Origin: an uncultured Planctomycetia bacterium
GTDB taxonomy: Bacteria; Omnitrophota; Gorgyraeia; 2-02-FULL-51-18
Reading direction: 5' to 3'
Length of the DNA: 64,000 nucleotides
NCBI GenBank assembly: GCA_964606485.1
Contig: CAZSGP010000001.1
Coordinates: forward strand, 481,085 to 545,084
Shown here piece by piece: positions 54,312 to 64,000 of the stretch. The notes beneath the pieces were generated by a model. It was not told the DNA's origin, did not search any database, and was given only the letters and a program-made list of their open reading frames with translations. A program made the translations under genes and the position numbers. Numbering within the stretch: the first letter of the stretch is position 1; each line of letters starts with the position of its first letter.

Positions 54312-54533
54312 TTGAAGCAATACTACGTTTACATAATGGGCAGTGATAGGCCAACGCTCTATGTCGGAATTACGAGCGACCTCGCTAAGAGAGTTTATCA
54401 ACACAAGCAGGGGTTGGCGGATGGGTTTACTAAAAAATACAATATTAAAAAGCTTCTATATTACGAAATTACTGAAAGCGCGGAGAGTGCTATAGTTAGA
54501 GAAAAGCAGATTAAGCATTGGAAGCGCGACTAG
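54312..54533 (+). CDS. Small GIY-YIG nuclease-superfamily protein (73 aa)
   Basis: YVYIMGSDRPTLYVGITSDLAKRVYQHKQG is the GIY-x10-YVG-x6-R-x3-H core. Confidence 0.55.
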   Translation: MKQYYVYIMGSDRPTLYVGITSDLAKRVYQHKQGLADGFTKKYNIKKLLYYEITESAESAIVREKQIKHWKRD

Positions 54534-54650
54534 AAGCTTGAGTTGATTAGGGAGAGAAATGCCAATTTCGAAGATTTGTATGAGAGTATCGTTTGATTCC
54601 CGCATTCGCGGGAATGACAGGCTGGGATGCAGGGATAACAGGTTTCACAG

Positions 54651-55016
54651 ATGCTAAAACTTTTGACGATTGATGACGAAACAGAATTTACGGCGCTGAT
54701 CTCCAATTACTTTGGGGCGCGGGGGTTCCAGGTGTTTACGGCGAATCGCGGCGAAGAGGGACTTGCGATTTCGGAAAAGGAAAGTCCGGACATTCACCTC
54801 ATCGATCTAAAAATGCCGGGACTTCACGGCGATGAAGTCTTAAGAGAAATTATTAAAAAAAATAGCACGGCGAAGGTGATTATGATCACCGCGTCTGAAG
54901 GCGAAGGAAAGACGCGGGCGAAGTTGTTCGAGCTTGGGGCATCGGCTTGTTTTGACAAGCCGATTAGCTCCTTGCGGGATTTGGAAAGTAAAATTAAGGA
55001 AATACTGCAATCGTGA
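54651..55016 (+). CDS. Single-domain response regulator (receiver)
   Basis: LLTIDDE, IHLIDLKMPGL (phospho-acceptor Asp) and KLFELGA. Confidence 0.7.
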   Translation: MLKLLTIDDETEFTALISNYFGARGFQVFTANRGEEGLAISEKESPDIHLIDLKMPGLHGDEVLREIIKKNSTAKVIMITASEGEGKTRAKLFELGASACFDKPISSLRDLESKIKEILQS

Positions 55017-55390
55017 AACCAAACGGAAAAATTTTAGTCTGCGACAATGAAATAGACATTTGCAATTTTGTGAAATCTTTTTTTGAGGTGCGCGGATTTC
55101 ATGTGGTGACCGCGCTAAACGGCGACGAGGCGATGAAAATTTTAGAAAAAGAGCGCCCGAATCTCGTGATCTTAGACGTCATGATGCGCACGGACAATGA
55201 AGGTCTTGAATACTTGCCGAAGGTGAAGGCGGCACTTCCTTCCGCGCATGTGATTATGATCACCGGCGTAGACGACGAAGCTTCGATTAAAAAAGCCAAA
55301 GAGCTGGGTGCAGATGATTACATCACGAAGCCGCTGGTGTTGGAGTATCTGGAAAGCACGGTGATGGGGAAGGTGAAAAAACTTGTATAG
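55013..55390 (+). CDS. Second single-domain response regulator (receiver)
   Basis: ILVCDNE, LVILDVMM, ITGVDDE and KELGADDYITKP. An ATGA overlap couples it to the previous gene. Confidence 0.7.
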   Translation: MKPNGKILVCDNEIDICNFVKSFFEVRGFHVVTALNGDEAMKILEKERPNLVILDVMMRTDNEGLEYLPKVKAALPSAHVIMITGVDDEASIKKAKELGADDYITKPLVLEYLESTVMGKVKKLV

Positions 55391-56606
55391 CCGTCTCGAC
55401 TACCAAGAAGCGCTACTCAATGCCTCAAAGGGCATGATCCGCGTCAAGGACCCCGTGACACTTTTAAAAATGATCACGCGGTTCATTGACCGACAGATCG
55501 GCGTGACCCATGTCGCGGTGGTGCTGCTCGAGCGCGCCAAAAATGCTTATGTTTTAATTGATAGTAAAGGCGATGGTGGGGCAAAGCTTCCGGTAGGCTA
55601 CGTCAGACTCCCTCAGGACAACGCGCTGATTGATTTCTTTTTAGCACTCGACAACGGCGTGTTTGCCCGCAAAGAAGCGCTGGTTTACAGCGAAATCGAT
55701 CACCTGCAAAATTTTGAAATCTTGGTGAATAAAAAAGAATCAAAAGCCATTCACTATGATGACTTGAAGCGGCAAATGCGTCTTTTGCGCGCCGCAGTCT
55801 GCGTGCCGAGTTTCTACAAGCGAGAACTCGTGGGAATTTTAATTTTAGGGGAAAAGCTTTCCGGGGAGCCGTATCAGGAAGAGGAGATCGGTCTTTTTGT
55901 GACATTGGCCAACGACGTGGCCATGGCGGTGAAGAATGCGGAACTGATTAAAGATTTGAAGACGGCCTACGACAAAGAGCATGCGCTGTTTATTCAAACT
56001 TCCATCGCACTCGCGACGGCTATCGATGCTCGGGACAAGTACACGCACGGTCATTCCGAGCGCGTGTCTCACTACAGCCTTGTGATCGTCAAAGAAATGA
56101 TCGACGCGGGCCTAATGGAGTACAACCGAGAATTTATGGAAACGGTTCAGCTTTCAGCGCTATTGCACGACGTCGGAAAAATTGGCATCAAAGACGAAAT
56201 TTTAAATAAACCAGCCCAGCTCACCGTCGATGAGTTTGAAGTGATGAAAACGCATGTGAAGATTGGCGCAACAATTGTGAAGCCGGTGAAGGGGCTTTCG
56301 CATTTGGAGGATGGCATTTTGTACCATCACGAGCGCTTCGATGGAAATGGGTATCCGTTCGGACTTAAGGCGTATGACATTCCGCTGATTGGCCGCATTG
56401 TAAACGTGGCCGACTCCTACGACACCATGACGACGGCACGTTCCTACAAGACCGCGATGACGCCGGACGAGGCTTTTCGAGAGATCTTGAATTGCAAGGA
56501 AACACAGTTCGACCCGCAGCTCGTGGACATTTTCTTCCGCGCGTATAAAAAAGGCAAGATCACTAAGCGCGAATACACGAGTTTTGATTTTTCGAGAGTT
56601 CATTAA
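55383..56606 (+). CDS. GAF plus HD-GYP domain protein (putative c-di-GMP phosphodiesterase)
   Basis: HD-GYP motifs HGHSERVSHY, LLHDVGKIGI and HHERFDGNGYP at nt ~56040-56360. Confidence 0.75.
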   Translation: MYSRLDYQEALLNASKGMIRVKDPVTLLKMITRFIDRQIGVTHVAVVLLERAKNAYVLIDSKGDGGAKLPVGYVRLPQDNALIDFFLALDNGVFARKEALVYSEIDHLQNFEILVNKKESKAIHYDDLKRQMRLLRAAVCVPSFYKRELVGILILGEKLSGEPYQEEEIGLFVTLANDVAMAVKNAELIKDLKTAYDKEHALFIQTSIALATAIDARDKYTHGHSERVSHYSLVIVKEMIDAGLMEYNREFMETVQLSALLHDVGKIGIKDEILNKPAQLTVDEFEVMKTHVKIGATIVKPVKGLSHLEDGILYHHERFDGNGYPFGLKAYDIPLIGRIVNVADSYDTMTTARSYKTAMTPDEAFREILNCKETQFDPQLVDIFFRAYKKGKITKREYTSFDFSRVH

Positions 56607-56821
56607 GCCCGCCTGTTTTAAGCAGAATTAAGCCTCGCTTAATTTAAACCTGCAAGCTTCGACTACGAGCTTTATTAAGCATTTATTATGATGGTTCGTA
56701 ACTACTTCAAAAATAACAGGTTATAACACATAACGACTTGATTTTTAGCTCTTCTTATGGCAACCTTTAGCGATTGTATTATTGGACGGAAATAATCTAT
56801 TGATTTAAAATCAAATATTAT

Positions 56822-56850
56822 TTGACATTTATAAATTTGCGGAGTAAACT
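56822..56850 (+). promoter_or_regulatory. Possible sigma-70-like promoter for the downstream giant gene (TTGACA -17- TAAACT)
   Basis: -35 TTGACA at 56822-56827, a 17-nt spacer, and a weak -10 TAAACT at 56845-56850. The sequence ends 7 nt before ATG 56858, which would give a near-leaderless transcript. Confidence 0.3.
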
Positions 56851-56857
56851 TTCTCGC

Positions 56858-59800
56858 ATGCTGAAAATAAAATCAAATTTTTTCAAATCAATTTGCTGGG
56901 TGTTGGTGTTTGCATTGAGCTGGTCCCAACTTATATATGCCGCTACGCCGCGTGAATTGCTTGAGCAGGCTAAGGCTTCATTTGGTTTGATGGGGGAGAA
57001 TCATATTCAAGGCGGGGGATCGAGCCCCTCAGTTTTAGCCCAGAGCCAGGCCCAAGCGCAGAGCGCAGTTAATCAGCAAAATACTCTTCAGGATCTTCAA
57101 AATTTAAATTTCAATCTGACCACTCAAAACCAAGACACGTTAACTTACGTTAATGGCGAGCTCTCAAGTATTCAAAGGACTGACGGGTCCGCGCTTAACA
57201 ATATTGCGCAAGACGCGCAAGGCAATATCATTGGGGCTAATCTTCAATTGCCGGATTCGACCGTGCAAGTTTTGCAAAATGGAAATATTTTGGGTTCGCA
57301 GACGGCAGATGGCTCACAAGTTCTTTACAGTGCCCAAACCGGCCGCATTGACAAAGTCGAATCGCCCACCGGGGTTGAGACGACCTACTCTTATAAGGAC
57401 GCACAGGGCGTAAATATAACCCTAAATGCCGCGGCGGTTGTCGACGAGACCATTTTAGACAACGCTACCTTTACAACGACATACGATCATCAGAGCCAGT
57501 TGAAAGAAGTTTTTGAAAAAAGTACGGGCAAGCGCACTTTTTATACGAGCGGCATGGTGGACCACATTGTTAACTCTGATGGATCGGTTGTGGAATTTAA
57601 TCGCACAACAATCGGAGACGAAACGCACATCACCCCAAGATCGGTCGATGTTTATACGGACACCAATGGAAATATTTTCCACTTCAATCAAGGACAAGTT
57701 GAGCGCGTAGATCTTACGGATGGATCTCAAATTTTGAATCCCACTTTTGACGAGCAGGGCCGTTTTCAGGGAGGGGCACTTGTGGACGCCGCGGGCTACC
57801 AAGCCGTCTTGAGTCAGGGGGGCTATAGTCAAATTAATTATTCGGATGGGGCGACTCTTTCCCAGCTAAATTTTATAGCCGGTCAGTTGGACTCGGCAAC
57901 CTTAACGGTGCCATCAGCCTATGTCGCACAAATTCATCAAAATAATTATTCGAACTTGAGATTTAGTGATGGAACCGTTGTTGAAAATATTAGCTTTGAT
58001 GCGCTGGGGCATTTTCAAAGCGGAAGGGTGATCGACTTAAACGGCGTGATATGGACAATCGATCAGGGAAATATTGTACGAGTAGAGCTCGCCAACGCCG
58101 AGGGGGTTCTGACAAATATTGTTTGGAATGCAAATCAAGAAATCAAAGACGCACTCCTTACAAAAAATAATACCCAATATTTTTTTACGGATAAAAAACT
58201 AATGCATTCAATCGACGCCCAGGGGAATAAGACGATTTACAACTATTCAACTGCTTCGGGCGGAGTCTTACAAATTGAGTCGATGCAGATTTTACCCTCA
58301 GCTCAGAACGTGACGACGTTTCGAGCGACCTCCATGCCCAGCCGACTCGCTTTAAGCAAAACAAGTTTTTCTTTCTCTGGAAACGACTCCACCGGTGACC
58401 AAATTAGCTTTACCAGTAACTATTCCAGTAACCGGCAATTTATTTTAAATCTCGTCCCGGGCAGCGGTTCTTTTTTCAATTACAAAAACACGACTTACCG
58501 AAATAACGTCAATAATGGAAAAAATGTTTCTCTTGGCATTAATCTTTTAAGAGGCGTCACTTACAACGCGGAGCTATGCTGGGGAACTCAGATCATTCAA
58601 GGCAAGTCCCAATCAGGGATTCAAATTTGGATTTGGGACGCGTCTACGACGAGGCCGACGGCGCCGACTGCTTTTATCAAGGATAACGGACTCTTTTATT
58701 TGAACGCGTTAGACATTAAAGCGGTTAACGCGCAGATTTTAGTCGACCCACAGTCCAGCGGGCGATATTCTCAGAGAGATTACTCACTCCAACACCCAGC
58801 TACTTTAAACCCCGCCCAAAGCGTTGATTTTCATTTTAATTCTCAAAGTTCAACCAATAACCGCATCTCATTTACGGCTCAGAGCGGACGAACGCAAAAT
58901 AGTGCCGGGCACTCGGTGAGCTCGAGTGTAGAGGTTGATTATCAATACGGACGCTGGAATATTGTCACCACAAACTACGACTACACAACGCATCGAAATG
59001 TAACTCTGTCGTCTCAAAGAAATATTAGGATTAACCAAACATTAACAGCTGGAAAAAATTACACGTTTTTCACCGAAGTCAAAAATAATAAGCTCTTAAT
59101 TTATATTTATGATTCTTCTTTAGCGCGGCCAGTTACGCCCTTGGCAGTAGTAGATGTTATTTCGACGCAAATGGCTTTTTCTACATCCATTCGAAACGCC
59201 GCCGCCGCTGGGCAACTTTTTTCGAACGCGCAGGATGTGAATCTTTCCGGTTCCGGAGCCTCAAGCTTCGCGCGGCTGCCCGTGATTTCTAAAATCGGAC
59301 CCATAGTTTTCGACAAAAAAGATACCCGCATCACCCCAAAAACATTTTCATTCATAAAACCACAGTCGGCGCTCCTCATTGATCCATTCACGAGTTTCAG
59401 AGAGCTGGTTTATGACGCAAACCACAAGCTTAAAAGCGTTTTAAAAACGGATGGCACTTTGCTGAGCTTCGAAAACGGATTGCTAAAGACAGCCGTTGAT
59501 TCCTCTGGAAATGCTGCGGCTTACAATTTTGAAACAGACCCAACGCTCGGAAGTTTGAAAGCCAGTTCGCTTGTCCGAGGCGGGTTAACGAGCACCTTCG
59601 ACGCCGAAGGTAAGCTTTCTACCATCGAAAACGGGGATAACACGCTTCATTACCAAAATGGCCAACTTGATTTTGTGGTGAACAAAGACGGCTCGCGCTT
59701 TGAGAATATTTCACTCGCGGCAGATGGAAGTATGAATAACGCTACGATGATTTCTGCTTCGGGTGATCGTCTCACATTTGAAAATAAAATGCTCACACGC

Positions 59801-62800
59801 CAAACAAGAGCAGATGGCAGCGCTACCGTGTTTAATAACGGAAAAGCCGTGGAGAGCACCAATTCTGATGGTCGAGTTTACCGGTATGAGGTTGACCCGC
59901 AGGATGCTACGAAGAGGGTCGGACATCTCTCTAAGTTTACTGACGAGCACGGCCGAAAAGTAGAATTTTTAAATGATGTTCCATCACGAATCACGCTGAC
60001 CGATGGGACGGTGCTCACGGGACTGGTTTTTGCTGAGAACGGTGATTTAAAAGATGCGGCGGTCTCACTTCATTTGGGCGGGGAAGTGCTGGATGCATTC
60101 TACCGTGATGGGCAGTTGACTGAAGCCTATTTTGCTGACGGACGCAAAGTGGTCTTTGCGAATGGCCGCTTAAAAGAAATCCTATTTTCCACGGACACTT
60201 GGAAATACACCTATCAGGTGGACGCTTCTGGAAATCTCACCGGCTATTCCATTCAAGATAAAGACCAAACGCGCACTTTTAACGCGCAAAACGTTCTTTT
60301 GAAATACGAGAGCGGCGCGGTGACGGCGTTTTATGAAAATGGCGTCTTGAAAAAAATCGTTTCTGGTGACACGACGATTGAAAACTTTGAGCTGGATGCG
60401 CAAGGGCATTTCACCAAAGCTAAACTCACAGACCCAAGCGGAAATATTTTTCAGGTCGAAAACTCCGCACTCCAAACACTCACGCGGCCAAGCGGAACCA
60501 TTCTCTCTTACTCCGGGGATCTTCTCTCAAAAGTCGAAACGCCGCTGGGTAAGACCGTGGATTATCACTACACGCTGGATGCGACTAACAAAGTTTCGGA
60601 TATTTCTGTGACTGTCACGCAAAACGGGCATGCGGCAACGATGCCATTTTATGAATATTTACTAAACTCACAGAACACCGAAGAAAAGCCCCTCGTTGAA
60701 GCACCTTTTAACTTAAGAACCAGCTCGAACGCCTTCGTTGGGCTTGCGACCGAACAGACAACGACATTTATCCCGGCCATTCAAGACCCTCAAGATCCAC
60801 AGGTTCTTTTTCGCTGGGATCCGCAGGGTTTAGCAGACACGACCAATCGCACGGGCGTTCTTTTTGACGTGTCCGATCAATCCCAATCCGCATTTTCAGA
60901 CCGGTTTCAAAACGTTTCCGACGAAGGATTTTTATTTTTGCGCGTGAAAGGCGAAAACGCTTCACCTCTAGCCATCACGCCCGAATGGGATATGGAGCAA
61001 GAGGCTCTCAATCAACCTGTGAGCGCCGGAACCGTTTTAAATCTTCAGAATCAGTACCAGGATTTTGTTTTGGCCACGCATGCTGCTGCGGGCTCAAATA
61101 ATTTGGCGCGGAATGTGTTTTTAAAATTTCAAAACCCTCTTCCGAGCACGGCAGCCTGGAGTGTTTCGCTGTCGCAAGCGTTGTGTTACCGCTTTGAGAG
61201 ACTCGACGCCACACTTTATTCGCGCTACTTGCTTACCGGTGCTGATGTTTTGAAATTAAACCAAATGGCGTCTCAAGATAAGTATGAAAATCTTTTAGAC
61301 TCCAAATCATTTGTCACGCCTTTCAATTATAAGGCCGCGCTTAAAGATACGGCTTTCAAGCTGGAATACGACAGTGCGTTTACGCTAAAAAAATCAAGCC
61401 GCATCGACGGCACAACCGTACTCTATCAAAACGGAAATGCCTCTCAGACAATTTCAGCGAGCGGATCGCGCGTTAATTACGTTTACCAGAACGGGCAAGT
61501 GTCTCAAGTGATTACACTGGATGATTTGACCGGTAATCCGAACTTAGTGACGGACTATCAGTACGGAAAAATCAGGAGCGTTAAAAAAGCAGACGGCACA
61601 CTTCTTTACAGTTACACCTACGAGTTTGAAGCCCAGCAAAACGAAACCACGGTGGTTTTGGATCACACCTCTAACCAAACCAAACGCTTTAAAAATGGAC
61701 AACTCTTTTCGAGTCAAAACGCTGACGGGCTCGTGACTTTTTATTTTTATGATGGCCAGGGGCGCCTTGCGCGTTCCGAAGTGCGTCAGGAAAATACGTT
61801 GATTCAAACCTACCGGTATTCTTACGAAGGACTGAACACACTCATCACTGACGACAGCGGCGCGACGCGCATTTATGATGAGCATCAAAACCTTATTTTT
61901 ATCGAAACGTTTGAAGGACTGCGTTACAAACTGAGTCACCTGACCGATGAGCAGGGAAATGAGATTGAACAGCAAACGCTTTACTCGGCACGCGCGGCTG
62001 ACGGAATTATTCTTTTCTACAAAGACGACACCGTTGAAAAAGTTCAGCTTCAGGATGGCACGATCATTAATATTTCTGATCAAGACCCCAATCTTTACTC
62101 CAGAGTTCTTTTGGAGCAGGGACTTGTTTCTGAAATTACCCGCACCACCGGTGAAGTTGCAAAATATGTGCGCGACAACCGCGGCCGGCTTCAGTATGTG
62201 GATGTGAAAGCGGGAACCCAAACCCGCCGTTACAATCCCGATGGCCGTCTTTTGCAGGTAGCGGAGGCGGATGGAACGAGTTTTGAATACGGCTATTTGT
62301 TTGACGCCAATGGCCATGTGAGTAAAACGCGTGTGATTAAGCGCGTACCAAAACTCATTGGCGGAGCTGTGGCGCCAGTTTTATCTGGAAAATTGGAGCC
62401 TATGAGTTTCCGAGCGGACTCCGGCGGGCTTTATGACGGATGGAATGCGTCCATCATTGGCGACGGAACGGGTGTCGGGGAATTTAATTTTAATTATTGG
62501 CGCCAGAGTTATGAAGCCTGGCAGGGCCGTGGGATTGATATGGCGCTGTTTGATTCGACTGGGCATCTTTTATCGCATGACTTGTTCGATCTCTACGAAA
62601 AAGGTGGTGCTGAGTCTGACCGTCTGGCTCAAATCCTGGAACAAGCGCCGGCTAATGCCATTTTACTTTTAGCAGTAGGGGATGACGGCTACACCAATCT
62701 TACCGACCGAGCGAAAACGGCCATCGAATCCTTCGGCTCGCAAGACATTCGCAGCTTAGGTTTTCGCGACTCGTATGCGCTTATCGGCAGAAAAGGGGCT

Positions 62801-64000
62801 GCTATCGGTACGGCGATTGAAGAGCATAAAGCCTCAGGGCAAGGCTATGTGAATATTCAGTCGTACGACACGGACTACTATTATTATGACGCGCAAAATA
62901 ATCCGATTCAGTTCAATCAGTTCCTAACTCTTCCCACCACGCAGTGGCAGAGTTCGCGCACGACCTACGTAGGAGACGATGCCGAAGTATTTGCGACAGA
63001 AGGCATCGGAGCCTCAGGGTTCATTAAAAACTACAACGCGTATTATCCCAATTCCGGTTTTATTCAGCTCTGGAACCAGCAGAATCAAGATTTTTCAGAT
63101 GATGCGCACGTCGCTCAACTTTTAGGACTTGTGGGAAGTAAGCAGGAAAAGTATGTTTTTTATGACTCGCGTTACGCCTCGAACTTTGCGCCGAGCTATT
63201 ACTCGATCAATATAAAAAATAAGCTCGTTGCGCAGGGCTTTCAGGTTGTGAACGCGGATGAGCTTCGATCCGTCATCACAAGCCGCGGCGCGGATACAGT
63301 GATCGTCATGGCGCAGGACATCGCCCCCGACACCATTTACAACCCACTTTCGCCATTTTCGATTTCGCAGATGAATCTGCCGCGTGATTTTATGGAGCGA
63401 GGCGGCACTATGGTCTGGACGCATGACGCGCCTTTCTTTTATGTGAGCCACGCGGATGGAACCAAAGACATTGTAGGAGAGATTGGTATTAAAAAGATGT
63501 TGGGACTCACACCGCGCTACCGCAGTGCGGCGGGGGAAGTGCTGGGAGGCCAAACGCAGGCTCCGAGTTTTGCCTTGCCTCAAAACCCACTTGTTTTAGA
63601 TGCGAACATCCTTAATTTTGAAGTAAACGTAAATTTTCGCACCATTCGCTGGGACAAAATTCGCGACGAGATCGGTTTTACGCTCTCAAGCGACAGTGCT
63701 GTGGTTTCAAGTTACGATACCGACGGAGACTTGGTTCAGCTCGTGAAAGCCGATCGCACCGTGTCGGTGTACGACAAAGAAAAGCTTCTTTTTATCACCG
63801 ACATCAACGGTTACATGCTCTCTGAAAATGTTTACGACGCTCAAGGCAATCTCATTCAAATTATCAATCACGGCGCGCGTCGCGATTTTGAAAATTCTCT
63901 GCTTGATGCCAAAGACAAGGCAGAGCATGACAAGTACATCACGCTAGCTGACTTTGCGATCAATCAAAACCTCGTCACACAGAGCTTTTTAGACAATGTG
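56858..64000 (+). CDS. 3'-partial CDS: second giant secreted protein of the same family (at least 2,381 codons in the window), with YD/Rhs-like repeats
   Basis: ATG at 56858. Signal peptide MLKIKSNFFKSICWVLVFALSWSQLIYA. The first ~120 aa are co-linear with the N-terminus of the 28731 gene (TPRELLEQAKASFGLMGENH..QQNTLQDLQNLNF..TTQN). The frame appears open to nt 64000. Every complete + strand ORF listed in this interval is in a different frame from the 56858 frame, which is consistent with this reading. YD-like units such as DYQYGKIRSVKKADGTLLYSYTYEF and FYFYDGQGRLARSE are present. Confidence 0.7.
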   Translation, partial: MLKIKSNFFKSICWVLVFALSWSQLIYAATPRELLEQAKASFGLMGENHIQGGGSSPSVLAQSQAQAQSAVNQQNTLQDLQNLNFNLTTQNQDTLTYVNGELSSIQRTDGSALNNIAQDAQGNIIGANLQLPDSTVQVLQNGNILGSQTADGSQVLYSAQTGRIDKVESPTGVETTYSYKDAQGVNITLNAAAVVDETILDNATFTTTYDHQSQLKEVFEKSTGKRTFYTSGMVDHIVNSDGSVVEFNRTTIGDETHITPRSVDVYTDTNGNIFHFNQGQVERVDLTDGSQILNPTFDEQGRFQGGALVDAAGYQAVLSQGGYSQINYSDGATLSQLNFIAGQLDSATLTVPSAYVAQIHQNNYSNLRFSDGTVVENISFDALGHFQSGRVIDLNGVIWTIDQGNIVRVELANAEGVLTNIVWNANQEIKDALLTKNNTQYFFTDKKLMHSIDAQGNKTIYNYSTASGGVLQIESMQILPSAQNVTTFRATSMPSRLALSKTSFSFSGNDSTGDQISFTSNYSSNRQFILNLVPGSGSFFNYKNTTYRNNVNNGKNVSLGINLLRGVTYNAELCWGTQIIQGKSQSGIQIWIWDASTTRPTAPTAFIKDNGLFYLNALDIKAVNAQILVDPQSSGRYSQRDYSLQHPATLNPAQSVDFHFNSQSSTNNRISFTAQSGRTQNSAGHSVSSSVEVDYQYGRWNIVTTNYDYTTHRNVTLSSQRNIRINQTLTAGKNYTFFTEVKNNKLLIYIYDSSLARPVTPLAVVDVISTQMAFSTSIRNAAAAGQLFSNAQDVNLSGSGASSFARLPVISKIGPIVFDKKDTRITPKTFSFIKPQSALLIDPFTSFRELVYDANHKLKSVLKTDGTLLSFENGLLKTAVDSSGNAAAYNFETDPTLGSLKASSLVRGGLTSTFDAEGKLSTIENGDNTLHYQNGQLDFVVNKDGSRFENISLAADGSMNNATMISASGDRLTFENKMLTRQTRADGSATVFNNGKAVESTNSDGRVYRYEVDPQDATKRVGHLSKFTDEHGRKVEFLNDVPSRITLTDGTVLTGLVFAENGDLKDAAVSLHLGGEVLDAFYRDGQLTEAYFADGRKVVFANGRLKEILFSTDTWKYTYQVDASGNLTGYSIQDKDQTRTFNAQNVLLKYESGAVTAFYENGVLKKIVSGDTTIENFELDAQGHFTKAKLTDPSGNIFQVENSALQTLTRPSGTILSYSGDLLSKVETPLGKTVDYHYTLDATNKVSDISVTVTQNGHAATMPFYEYLLNSQNTEEKPLVEAPFNLRTSSNAFVGLATEQTTTFIPAIQDPQDPQVLFRWDPQGLADTTNRTGVLFDVSDQSQSAFSDRFQNVSDEGFLFLRVKGENASPLAITPEWDMEQEALNQPVSAGTVLNLQNQYQDFVLATHAAAGSNNLARNVFLKFQNPLPSTAAWSVSLSQALCYRFERLDATLYSRYLLTGADVLKLNQMASQDKYENLLDSKSFVTPFNYKAALKDTAFKLEYDSAFTLKKSSRIDGTTVLYQNGNASQTISASGSRVNYVYQNGQVSQVITLDDLTGNPNLVTDYQYGKIRSVKKADGTLLYSYTYEFEAQQNETTVVLDHTSNQTKRFKNGQLFSSQNADGLVTFYFYDGQGRLARSEVRQENTLIQTYRYSYEGLNTLITDDSGATRIYDEHQNLIFIETFEGLRYKLSHLTDEQGNEIEQQTLYSARAADGIILFYKDDTVEKVQLQDGTIINISDQDPNLYSRVLLEQGLVSEITRTTGEVAKYVRDNRGRLQYVDVKAGTQTRRYNPDGRLLQVAEADGTSFEYGYLFDANGHVSKTRVIKRVPKLIGGAVAPVLSGKLEPMSFRADSGGLYDGWNASIIGDGTGVGEFNFNYWRQSYEAWQGRGIDMALFDSTGHLLSHDLFDLYEKGGAESDRLAQILEQAPANAILLLAVGDDGYTNLTDRAKTAIESFGSQDIRSLGFRDSYALIGRKGAAIGTAIEEHKASGQGYVNIQSYDTDYYYYDAQNNPIQFNQFLTLPTTQWQSSRTTYVGDDAEVFATEGIGASGFIKNYNAYYPNSGFIQLWNQQNQDFSDDAHVAQLLGLVGSKQEKYVFYDSRYASNFAPSYYSINIKNKLVAQGFQVVNADELRSVITSRGADTVIVMAQDIAPDTIYNPLSPFSISQMNLPRDFMERGGTMVWTHDAPFFYVSHADGTKDIVGEIGIKKMLGLTPRYRSAAGEVLGGQTQAPSFALPQNPLVLDANILNFEVNVNFRTIRWDKIRDEIGFTLSSDSAVVSSYDTDGDLVQLVKADRTVSVYDKEKLLFITDINGYMLSENVYDAQGNLIQIINHGARRDFENSLLDAKDKAEHDKYITLADFAINQNLVTQSFLDNV

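Noticed and set aside
61544-62317. 257-aa minus-strand ORF, plus other minus-strand ORFs of 60-180 aa (for example 5644..6144, 20135..20566, 32007..32498 and 53708..54259)
   Set aside because: All lie antisense inside long plus-strand genes with clear domain content. They have no recognisable motifs, and many are simply the reverse frames of Gly/Ser-rich coding sequence. They are treated as spurious.

Overview
This 64-kb window has 48 confidently called genes, and every one is on the + strand. The gene content suggests a diderm bacterium, since it includes an outer-membrane beta-barrel protein, a lipobox lipoprotein and a BamE-like protein. From left to right the window contains the following regions.

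1. nt 1-7619: the 3' part of a DISARM class-1-like defence operon. It comprises a methyltransferase C-terminal fragment, a DrmA-like SF2 helicase, a DrmB-like DUF1998 protein and a DrmC-like phospholipase D.

2. nt 7653-11573: a tightly packed cluster that matches no named system. It encodes a PD-(D/E)xK nuclease-like protein, a GIY-YIG nuclease, a membrane-anchored trypsin-like protease and a secreted protein.

3. nt ~11.6-19.3 kb: an integrative/replicative mobile element. It carries a SpoVG-like gene, a prim-pol primase, a Pif1/RecD-like helicase and a trio of adjacent tyrosine recombinases (RIT-like) whose middle gene is truncated. The right end of the element abuts a 5'-truncated paralog of a giant gene.

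4. nt 19.3-25 kb: envelope genes.

5. nt 25.0-28.0 kb: an excisionase-family HTH gene, a HicA/HicB toxin-antitoxin pair and RecQ.

6. nt 28731-41801: a single 13.07-kb ORF encoding a 4,356-aa secreted protein. Its parts, in order, are ~15 tandem 44-aa repeats, YD/Rhs-like repeats, two duplicated Gly-rich modules, a LamG-like domain, a coiled coil, a DUF4214-like segment, a C39-like peptidase domain, a glycine-zipper membrane region and a C-terminal lipase-like alpha/beta-hydrolase. It is followed by a TPR-like gene and a GT-C glycosyltransferase.

7. nt 43960-52131: a KS/CLF (type II PKS/FAS-like) cluster with ACP, ketoreductase, two CrtI-family oxidoreductases and a LuxD-like/methyltransferase fusion.

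8. nt 52148-56606: a histidine kinase, two receiver proteins and an HD-GYP module.

9. nt 56858-64000: the start of a second giant paralog, in an open frame that runs off the window.

The most unusual content is the giant polymorphic-toxin-like gene family and its orphan C-terminal module, and the unassigned nuclease/protease cluster next to DISARM. All domain calls come from reading the translated motifs; no database searches were run.
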